From assembly GCA_043228905.1 (NCBI GenBank), contig JBHGNT010000016.1, forward strand, positions 13,392,001 to 13,456,000: a stretch of 64,000 nucleotides of DNA, written 5' to 3'. The position numbers and the translations under genes were made by a program. Origin of the DNA: Azolla caroliniana (taxonomy: Eukaryota; Plantae; Polypodiophyta). This document shows, piece after piece, positions 1 to 10,895 of this stretch. Each line of letters starts with the position of its first letter. Within the stretch, counting starts at the first letter, position 1. Under the pieces are notes generated by a model that did not search any database, was not told the origin of the DNA, and saw only the letters and a list, made by a program, of their open reading frames with translations.

Positions 1-2925
1 CTATCAGTTGTTGATACTGAGTTGGATCGCACTCGGTTGTGCCCGAATCGACATGAAGCTTGAGATTTCGGTCAAGAGGAGTAGCCACAGGTTTGCACTC
101 GGTCATTCTGAACTTGTATTGTAAGTTGAGAATGTAGTGCCATTGAGAGATCAATATCTCGACTGGTGTTCGAATTACTTCGATACCAAGAAAGTAATGG
201 AACTCGTGCAGGTCCTTCATTTCGAATCTGTCAGATCAGAGGGATTTGACCTTAATGATCCCGGCTAGATCTTTTCATCCGATTACTAAATCATCCACGT
301 AAAGGATAATGACAATTAGGTTGTGCGGTTCGTTTCGGATGTACAAGGAGTTGTCAGATTTCGACATTGGAAAGCCAATTTGGTGAAGATACTGAGTGAT
401 CTTGGAATGCCAAGCACACGGTGCTTGCTTGAGGCCGTAGATCGGCTTCTTGAGTCAGCACACGACTTTCGGTTGAGTACGCGATTCGAAGCCAGGCGGT
501 TGTATCATGTACACCTCCTCTTCTAATTCACCTCGTACAAAGGCGTTCTTTACGTCCATCTGGTGGAGACGCCACACCTTCGCAGCTACGAGTGCAATTA
601 CAGTCCGCACAGTTGTCATCTTTGCCACCAGGGCAATGGTCTCCTCCTAATTGACTCTGTGCGTTTGTGCATATCCTTTGGCGATGAGTCGTGCTTTGAA
701 GCGATTTACGATGCCATCGGCATTGTATTTGACCTTATAGATCCATCTGCAACCAATCGCTTTCCTGTGAGGTGAATGGGGAACAAGATCCCATGTCTCA
801 TTTTTGCACAAGGCTTGCATTTCTTCGTTCATCACGTCGACCCATCGCAGGTCCTTCACGGCTTCAGAAAGTGTTTCCGGCTCCCGTGCAGTCGCCACCT
901 TCATCATAAACGCGTAATGGTACGCCATGTACCCATTGTAGCCAAATCGGCTTATGGGGTTCTTTTCACGGGTGGACCGGCATAGATTCTCGTTCGCGGA
1001 GAGGAATGATTTCTTCACTCCATTCGTCTAGAAGGTAGGGATGTCTAGGTCTTCAAACTCACTATCAAGGGAGTGAGTTGACGCAATGTCGATTGGATCT
1101 TCGTATTCAAACATCTTGGCCTTCCCTTTGTCGAGTTTCGGACTCGGCCGAAATGTGCTTTGGTCACTCGGGGGCTCCTGTGGTCCACTAAACCATGTCG
1201 TAATCGGGCTTTCTTCGAACATGGGCGTGAGCCAATGTTCTTCTTCTATCTCCATTTCGGCGGATTCCGGGTCGAGCGGAGTCAAAGTCGAAGTTGTTTC
1301 AGGTGCGTACCAGGATGCGGACTCGTCGAAAACGACATCTCGACTTATTCGAGCTTTTCGGTAGATGGGTTGCAGCATTTGTACCCCTTCTGTTCGAGCG
1401 AGTACCCTACGAGGATACATTTCTCCGACTTCGGGTTGAGCTTTTGTCGCGTTTCATCGGGAATATGCACGTAGTCGATTGAGCCGAAAATCTAGACATG
1501 TGATAAATCTGGCTTCTTTCCAAAAAACCTCTCATGAGCGGTTACGTCGTGTACCCCAGAGGTTCTACACATGCTCATAAGATATACGGCCATGTTCACC
1601 ACTTCTACCCAGTACGATTTCGGTAGGTCCTTCGCATTCATCATTGCCCGTGCAACTTCTACGATGTGCCAATTCTTCTGTTCGACTACACCATTTTGCT
1701 GAGGTGTATGGCGACACGAAAATTCTCGTCATATTCCTTCCTTTCGGAGATATGCCGTAAACTCGTCCGAGAAATATTCTTTGCCTCCATCAGATCGGAG
1801 GCATCATACGTGCCGGCCCATGGTTTTTTCGACTTCGTTTTTGAACCTTTGGAAGTGGCCGAACACTTCCCTCTTCTGTTTCATCGGGTAGAGCCAGGTA
1901 TGCTTGGAGAAGTCGTCGATGAACGTGACATAATATTGGCAACCACCGACTATTATTGTTGGGCTGGTCCCCACACATCTAAATGTACTACATCCAAGAT
2001 CCTTTTGCTCACATTCCTCTCTTTCGGGAATGGATGTTGGCATTGTTTTCCGAACTGGCATGCCTCGCATATGCCCGTAATCTCCTTCTCAGTAAATGTC
2101 GGCAGTCCGATTACGACTCCTTTTGACTGCATGGTCTGGAGCTTTTGAAGTATGATGTCACCGATTCTCTTGTGCCATAGTTTCAAATCGGTTTCGACTT
2201 TAAGACCTTTCGCGAACATAGCCGATTTCACCTCGGCTTATTCGAGGATGAACATTCCGCCTTCTCCATAATCATGCACTATGATTTGATCGTCCTTTTC
2301 GATGAAGCACCCTTCATTATTGAATCGTACTTGCATACCTTGTTCGACGATCTGGACGACCAAGACTAGGTTTTTCGTGATGGTTGGGACATGCAAGACG
2401 TTCTTGAGGTAGTTTTGTTTGCCGTCATTTCCGAATGGAACATTTCCGAAATGTTGAATTGGGTGAGTCATATCATCTCCGGTTTCGACATACTCAAGAC
2501 GATCAGGCTTTTGTAATTCTCGGAACCAATCTTCATGGGACGTCATGTGATTGGATGCTCCGGAGTCGACAAACCATAGGCTATATGAAGAAGAGGTGCT
2601 AGTCGAGGCCTATGCCGTCATCGGATGTGCTTCATGCCTCATTACGAACATCCCGCCATGATAGTCGTAGTCGGAATTCGAAACATAGTTCGTGAATTGT
2701 CAGCTAGTCGACACCGAATCTCGTACCTTTTTCCGGCACTCCTCTTCATAGTGGTCGTGTTTTCCAGAGTACCCGCATTCGATCGGGTTGTTACGATAGC
2801 TCGGTCCGGCAGGGTGGCTCTCCCTTCTGCCGAACTCTCTGCGATTGTTTCTGCCCTCTTGCCATTGATAGAAGTTACACTCTTGGGTCGGTTGATTGTG
2901 TCGGCCTCGTTCGAGCCGACCTCGT
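1..2925 (-). mobile_element. Degenerate Ty1/copia internal region (gag zinc knuckle, protease, GAG-pre-integrase, integrase, RT), running off the window start
   Basis: Minus-strand ORF fragments: MTSHEDWF..VETGDD (protease region), LWHKRIG..CEACQFGKQ (HHCC), DVVHLDVWG/YYVTFIDDFS (integrase), NETWDLVP..KARLIAKGY (copia RT). Order is PR-INT-RT, with stops and frameshifts. Confidence 0.93.
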
Positions 2926-3200
2926 CAGGAATAATTTTGGGAGTTAGTGTAGTAGGCTCATATATGAGTGGTCAAGTACTGTCAATACTTATGTCAGCCC
3001 TATTGTCAGGGCTTGTATAAAAGGTGCTCACTGAGCACGGTATATGTACAGATTGAGTATTATTTTGAATTGTGTTTCAGTGTGTTCTCTCTCTCTGTCT
3101 CTCTGTCTCTCCCGTGTACTATGTATATTCAAGTTCTCCATTAAACCTGCGTTTCTCTTGTGTTTGGTTTTCTACTTGCTTCCGCACTCTATTCTTTACA
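2926..3200 (+). repeat. 3' part of a copia LTR (same family as the 49663/54429 LTRs), ending ...TTTACA
   Basis: Aligns by eye with the 49830-50115 LTR segment (gggagttagtgtag, ttgtataaaa, ctccattaaacctg, cttgcttccgca). It ends in CA directly against a truncated gypsy LTR. Confidence 0.8.
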
Positions 3201-6200
3201 AAAAGATATATATAATGTGAAGAGAGTATACAATAGTAGCTAGGAGTCTTAAAACTGGCATTGAACTGATTTGGTTCAAAATAATGCCTTGTGCCTCCTT
3301 TTATAGTGTTCTCAGGAGTAGTCTTGAAGTTTCTAGAATGTTCCAGAGAATTCTGGAATATACATTAATTTTCTATAATAAAACATAAATGAAAATAATA
3401 TTTTATGTATTACAATGTATGGTCTAATGGTCAAGAGCTCGACCCATGTAGCATAAGGTCATGGGTTCGAGTCTTGCCATATCATGACACTATCCTCCCT
3501 TTAAAATGACGAGTGTCACGAGTCGTTTTGGATTGAGGATCTAGTTTGTTTGGATATTGACGATGGAAGTCTTCAATAAGAGCACGAGCATTGGTCACAT
3601 TCTCTATCGGTTCCCAAGCATGTTCACTAGGACTATATCCTAACCAATCGAATAGATAGTAGAGCTTGTTGCGAACAATCTTGGAATAAAGGATGGCGGC
3701 AACCTCGCACTCAGGTCCATCTTCAAGCTCGATTGAGGGTGGAGGCTATGTAATATGTCCGGGGATGGTGCTCTCTTGATAGGGTTCGAGGAGAGAAATA
3801 TGAAACACCGGATGTATCCGAAGTTGTAGAGGTAGATCAAGACGAAAAGCGACATCATTAATCTTTCCTATAATACGGAAAGGACCTAATCGCCGATAAT
3901 CCAACTTCTCGCATGGGCGAGTCTTGATGTGTCGTCGTGGTAACCATACCCGATCTCCAATGTTAAAACTAGATGGATGTCGATGACGATCCGCGCATAC
4001 CTTGTGTGTTTGTTGAGCTTGTTGGAGATGAGTAGATAAATCGGCTTGTATCTTGCATAACTGCTCTAAACGATCCTTTGCGCAAGGATTTGTGGACAAC
4101 TCTGGGGTTTCAAATACACATCATCGGGGGTGACAACCCGTATAAGCATAAAATGGCGTAACTTTAGTCGATGCGTGGACAGAGTTATTATAGGAAAATT
4201 CGGCGAACTGGAGAATATCTGCCTAGTCATCCTGATGATAGCTTAGAAAGCACCGAAGATACTGCTCCAACGTTTGATTTGTTCGTTGTGCTTGGCCATC
4301 GGTTTGTGGGTGGTAGCCGGAGGAGAGGTTACAAGTGACCTTGAGCATTTTAAAAAGGTGCTTCCAGAATTTCGATACGAAATGGGGTCCACGGTCCCTG
4401 ATGATACTATCGGGAAGGCCATGATGTTGACATACTTCACGCATGACAATTTTAGCGGTTTCTTCACTAGAGATTTCCTTAGTACATGGAAAGAAACGAG
4501 GCATCTTCATATATCGATCTATGACTATTAGAATCACATTGAACCCCTTAGAGACTGGAAGATCTGTGATGAAGTCTAGAGCAATGGATTGCCATGGCTT
4601 GCTTGGAATTGGTAATGGTTCTAATAAACCATATGGATGATGCCTTGGCATTTTTGCTCTACAGCATGTATCACAAGTCCAAACAAAATCTTCGACAAAT
4701 TGTCGCATACGGGACCACCAAAATGATCATTGTACTAAATCTAATGTTTTAGTACTACCAAAATTCCTAGTTGTATATGTGTCATGACAGTTTTGGACTA
4801 CTCGAAGGTGGCAAGAACCATTAGGAGCATACAAGAGTTCATTAAAGAATAGTAATCCATCATGGTATTTGAATTGTCGATAGTCCGTACCTGGTGGTTG
4901 CGACTGTGAACAAGATGCTCGAGAGGGATCAATTTGTGCTAGAATGTCTTGGGCGAAAGCATCGGTCTTCAAGTCCTCACGTATAGTATCGATAACGTGG
5001 GAATCCAAGGGCATGCCAAAGACATGTGTTGCTTGCAGTCGTGTTGGTCCCAAGATTACTTGCTTCTGGTTATCAAAAGTTGGCTCACCGGGACGCGGTG
5101 CTAGGTACGAACATCGTGATAATGCATCTGCCTTCCCTTGGTGCTTCCCCGGACGATATGTAATTTTGAAGTCGAAACGCGTGAGGAAGTGGGCCCACCG
5201 AGCTTGACGTCAATTTAACACACGAGCGTACTGAAAGTAGGCAAGGTTTTTGTTGTCACTGAATACGGTAACTTGATGAGAGGATCCATCTAGAAAATGC
5301 CTCCATTGCTTAAAAAAGTCCACTATTGCCAATAGCTCCTTATCATGAATTTCGTAGTTGATTTCGGCGGCGTCAAACTTGCGTGAGTGAAAAGCCACAG
5401 GATGTAGCTTCTCATCATTACCCTGTTGTGACAGAATGCTCCCCAATGCGAAATCTGATGCGTCTGCTTTGATAATGAATGGTTTTTCTGGATCGACATG
5501 AGCTAGAATTGGTGCCGATGTAAATGCCTTTTTAAGACTCTCGAAAGCCATGTCCGCTTCTTCAGACCAAACGAATGATTGTCCCTTCCTGGTAAGCTGT
5601 GTGAGAGGCAGAACGAGCTTTGAGTAATCCTATATGAACTTCCGATAAAAATTGGCAAAGCCTAAAAAGCATTGCACATCTCCCACCGAACGCGGAGTCT
5701 GCCACTTTACCACAGTTTTGACCTTAGTTGGGTCCATGGAGATGCCTTCCGAGGAAATTACATAGCCAAGAAATTCCACCTGGTTGCACCCAAAACTACA
5801 TTTTTCTAGCTTTGCATAAAGACCATGTTCTCGAAGTCGTCTTAGTACTAACAGTACATGAGAATCATGCTCTTGTTGGGTCTTCGAATAAACCAATAGA
5901 TCATCTAAATAGATGATCAAACAAACATCCAAGAGATCTCGGAATATATCATTTGCCATGTGCTGGAAGACTGTTGGCGCATTAGTGAGGCCGAACGACA
6001 TGACCGTATACTCGAAGTGCCCATATCTGGTCCGAAACGCGGTCTTCCATTCATCTCCTGGTCAGATCCGTACGAGGTTATAGGCTCCTCGTAAGTCGAT
6101 CTTTGTGAAGAAGCTTGCACCATTGATTCGTTCTAAAAGACTTGAGATAAGGGGAAGTGCATACCTATTTCTGATTGTAACCTTATTCAAGCCACGGTAA

Positions 6201-8756
6201 TCTACAATGAGACGAAGTGATCCATCCTTTTCCTTGACGAAGAAAATGGGTGCACCCGTTGGAGATTTCGAATGCCGAATGAAACCATTTTCCAAATTCT
6301 CGTCTATATAGGCTCACAAGACTTCTAGCTCGGTTGGTGACAAATTATAGATTGGTCCCGATGGTGGCTCGTCCCCTGGTTGTAAATCGATGGGGCAATC
6401 ATACGGTCGATGGTGAGGAACCGTATTGGCTTGTACTTTATCGAACTCATCGGCATAATGATGATACTTTTTTGGAAGTTGAACGGTGGACTCCTTTTTA
6501 ATGGTGCCTGAGGGCTTTACTGATATTGTGAAGAGAAACATTTCTTCCTTGCGACCTTCTTCCCGCAACTGATGTAGTGAAATGGTTGCAATCTCATGAG
6601 TAGACCCTTGGGCTTTTCGATACCGGATTTCTCTTGTTCTCCAATCTATGTTTGGGTTATGTAATTCGAACCATGGTAATCCTAAAACAATGGGGTGTTC
6701 TGGGATGCTAATTATATTAAATGATATTGCACATGCTAGATTATCTAGGAAAATATTAACGGGCTCTGACTCTTCTATGATATTTCCGGAAGCAATGGGA
6801 TGACCATCAATGACTACTACAGAGGCTGAACACGGGAGTTTTCTGAGTGATATCTGATGAGCTTGGACAAAGTTCCTATCCATGAAGCAAGACTTAGCTC
6901 TGGAATCTAGAAGTGCTAAGACATGTACTGGAGGGGTACTTTTAGTATTAACTGTTACTTGGGCTACGAACACATTACTAACTTGCTTAGAGGGAATGGA
7001 ACCACTAATGGGTTGCACAGATCTGGGGTTGTCCAACCAAACGGCTCCTATTTTGGCTGGACTTAGTCGTTTAACTCTTCTTCTAACTAACTAAGGACAT
7101 CAAATTTGTTCGCTAGATTTGGGCTATTAGTACTATTAGGACTATCAGATATCCCTACTGAAATCAGAACTATAAACTATTTGGTTTACTTGCCTTCTTG
7201 GCCTATGGGGACAGTTTACCGCGATATACCCTGGTCCACCGCTATAAAGACATAGTCGGTTTGCTCGGTGTCGTTGCTTTTCTTCATCCGATAGCAGTCC
7301 ACGAGGACGTGTAGTGTCAATTTCCATCGGAGTTGGAGTACTTACTGGAAGCGCATTATCAGACTCCCTTGAAAAAGGTTTCGCTACCACTGAGGCATAG
7401 GTAGGCTCAGATCTTGCCCTTGGCATCTGGAACTGATGTTCCGAACACCGTTCGAATAGGCGATTATCGCATCTCACTCCGCAACTGATTCCTTCTGTTA
7501 ATGACTTTGGTTCTTCGGGAAAGGTCAAGAGTAAATCTTTGACATTGTTACGTAGACCATAATGAAATTGCTCCATTAAAGCTTGACCATCCTAGGGGAT
7601 ATCGGAGGTGAGTAGACGAAAATCTGCAGCGTCTGCAGAGGCTGGACGATCGCCTTGACGTAGTCATCGGATTTTGTTGATTGTTGTCCTTATGCTGTCA
7701 GTATCTCCAAAATAGGCTTTAAACTCACTTATAAGTTCTTCAAAATTGTTTAGTAATGGAGATTCTTTTTCTAACAGCAAAGCGAACCATCCCAACGTTG
7801 AGCCACTTAACAACGTGCCTACAAAACCCACTCGTGATGCATCGGTGGGATATCGGGAAGGATGCATTTGAATAACTAGTCATACCTGATTAAGGAACCC
7901 TCTAAACTGTGATCGCGTTCCATCAAATTTCATGGGAAGGCCCATCTTCGGTTCTTTATGAATCCCTTGTGTTCCGAGTCCTTGTTGTTGCATCGCTATG
8001 ATGGTTGCTTCGAGTTGTTGCACACGTAACGTGAGCTCCCTGTATTGTTGTTTTTCCAACGCTATTTGTTGAAGATCCCCCAACAAACGGTGATTTTCTT
8101 GTTCTAGTGCTACAAATTTCTCTTTTAACCACTGGAGGTCCGAGAAAACAGATTGGTATTCCTAAGCGGTAATAGTTTCCATTTTACTAGGGAGGATAAG
8201 AGGATTAGTATGAAAGGAAGAAAGGGGTAAGAAGATGAGGGAAACCGAAAAGAAGACCGGAAAAAGGGAATATGTAAGAAGATAAAAGGAAGAGGAGGAA
8301 ACAAAAGGAGGACGGGAAATCGGTTCAAACGGTCAGGATCAGTACTAAGACAATGAAGGAATTAGTACTAAAAGATGAGGATTAGTACTAAGAGAGGTGT
8401 AGAACTCTCGAGAGAAGGAAAGAGTGAGCGAGAGAGAGAGATAGAGAGAGAGAAAGGGTGAGAGAATGATGATAAAAGATATATATATATTATGTGAAGA
8501 GAGTATACAATAGTAGCTAGGAGGCTTAAGATTGGGGTTGAACCGATTTGGTTCGAAATAATGCCTTGTGCCTCCTTTTATAGTGTTCTCAGGAGTACTC
8601 CTGAAGTTTCTAGAGAAATCTGGAATATACATCAATTTTCTATAATAAAACATAAATGAAAATAATATTTTACGTATTACAATGTATGGTTTAATGGTTA
8701 AGAGCTCGACCCATGTAGCATAAGGTCATGGGCTCGAGTCTTGTCATATCATGACA
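3201..8756 (-). mobile_element. Ty3/gypsy chromovirus (Tcn1-like), copy 1, degenerate; 5' LTR 8331-8756, 3' LTR truncated to 3201-3489
   Basis: Gag (7145-8086), protease LLDSRA, RT IIYLDD, RNase H ADASD, integrase IALDF/GPFRI and a chromodomain remnant. PPT agggaggatag lies next to the 3' LTR. LTRs start TGTCATG on the minus strand. Confidence 0.95.
3420..3479 (+). promoter_or_regulatory. tRNA-like Pol III A-box/B-box module in the chromovirus LTR (also at about 8687, 41907; partial at about 36790)
   Basis: TGGTCTAATGG...AGGTC ATGGG TTCGAGTC, with tRNA T8-to-T54 spacing. Confidence 0.6.
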
Positions 8757-10230
8757 GGTTTTTGTTTTTGGAGAAACCGGGAGAACCGGGAATTGTCGAA
8801 ACTGGAGACGACACCCCTCACCCAATTGTGCATGTCGGAGAAATCCATTTAAGCCATGTTGGACCAAAGGGAAAGCTTATGAACGTACTACACGTTTCGA
8901 CAGTCACAAAGAACCTGGTGTCAGTCAGATAAATCATCCACCAAAGAATGCAGGTGTGGTTTACACACCTCGGGTGCTTCATCGAGGAAGAAGGCGAAAT
9001 AATTGGGCAAGGGTGCAAAGAAAGGAGGATGTTCATCTCAATACTAATGACATCGGCACCTCCATGTTTGCCAAAGGATAGAAGATTGAATTGGACATCG
9101 ATCTCTAGCATAAGCGGATCGACCACCTCAACTACCGAAAGGCTTCAAGATCTGCAATCAAAACAAGTTGTGTTTGGATTGCCGAAGTTTAGTGGCCAGA
9201 AGGACCAAATATGTGAAGCCTGCCAACTTCGGAAGCAACACTGGCACCAAGTGAAACCGGAGTCGGACCAAGGTCGATGTAATCCATTCGGATGTATGAG
9301 AACCGACACAATACGTTAGTCTTGGCGGGAGTTGGTATTCCGTCTCCTTAATCAACAACTATAGCCAGCACACATGGATCTACCTCGTTTAGAGGAAAAG
9401 TGAGATCTTCGACTATTTCTAGAACCTTCAAAGCTTACTCGAAAGGGAAATGTAGAGGAAGATCAAGTGCATGTGGTCGAATGGCAGAAAGGAATATGTT
9501 TCTAGCCAATTCAACAGTTATTTGCAGCAGAAAGGAATTCAGAGAGAATTCAGCTGTAGATACACACTAGAACAAAACAGTGTGGCTAAAAAGAAGAACC
9601 GGTCGATTGTTGACGCGGCAAGGGCAATGCTAGAGGAGAAGAGCATTCCCAAATTCTACTAGGCTGAGGCGGTCCAGATGGCCGTCTACATTGAAAACCG
9701 GATCAGGGACAAGGTGTCAACACATGAGCTGTATTTTGGGCGGAAGCCGAATTTGAGACAGCTTCGAATATTCGGTAGCATAGCGTATGTGCATGTACCG
9801 GATGAGAAGTGGAGGAAGCTAGATCAGAAGTTAGAAAAGTGCATACTTGTCAGCTACTCCCATGAATAGAAGGGGTATAAGTGTTATAACCCTTGAACTA
9901 AACAGGTCTGAGTAAGTCAAGATGTCGAGTTTGATGAGTCGGCATTATGGTATTCTCTACAAGCTCTAACTCCTAATGAAGACCTGATCCCGGAGGATGA
10001 GGCTAGTGAACCTGGAGAGGTTCAAGTAGAAGACGACAAATTTGGAACTCTAGATGAGAGTCTGATCTCATTCCGGCTAAGTGGGCCGAATGAGTGGTTG
10101 GGTCGAAATGACCAGTCGAATGAAGAACCAGTGAGTAGTGGAGACTCTGTCGTGCTCTCCCCGCGAAAGGTACCAAGGAGACGGTTCACGCACAAAGAGA
10201 CGGGGAAGAAAAGATGTCGGAATACGACCA
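8757..10230 (+). mobile_element. Copia fragment (protease to integrase C-terminus); host of chromovirus copy 1
   Basis: LEKPGEPGIVETGDD, CEACQL, YTLEQNSVAKKKNRSIV, RIFGSIAYVHVP; homologous to 50700-52150. Confidence 0.9.
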
Positions 10231-10895
10231 TAAGTTCTCGATTCTTGGTTGGAAGTTAGGTATCATACATATGTGCACTAGGCGATGGCATTGTTACTAC
10301 CATAAATAGAAATATTTCCTTTGCATTGGTGAACCAACCCCCTCTTCGTTTTGGACATTGTTTTCCCACTTACGTCATATTGAAAACCTATCGTATTAAG
10401 GAGGTGTTGCAGTTATATCGAGTTAGACTTTTGGCGTATTTAGAATTGCTCAAATTTTCAAAATTTAACATTTTCTTGGTTAAGTATTCGTTGGTTTCAT
10501 TATTTGTGTGTGCGTTTCTATGTTTTTATTGAATATTCGTTCAGAACTCATAGATGTACATCCTGCCTGCTTTATTAAAAGGCACCAACAAGTTGATATT
10601 CAAAGTGCCACATACATTTATATTGAAAGGCAAAAAATTGTTACAATAGTTTTGTATGCAAACGCTTTGTACATGAAGAAGGAGATTGAATTCAATGTTT
10701 CTTAGACGAAGGAGATTCAATTCTATGATTTTTAGGTTGTGGAAATATGTAGGACAAAGGAGTTTTGCTGGATGAATATTGCAGCAAGCTTTTTACAATT
10801 TTTATTACACATGAGAAATAGCATGAGTGTTATTGAATAGTCTATCAGAATCATATGTTTTTCCTCTTGTTCTTTTTATATAAATGATGAGTGAG

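Noticed and set aside
3413-3485. Functional tRNA genes in the LTRs
   Set aside because: Acceptor, anticodon and T stems do not pair properly; only the promoter boxes and their spacing are tRNA-like.
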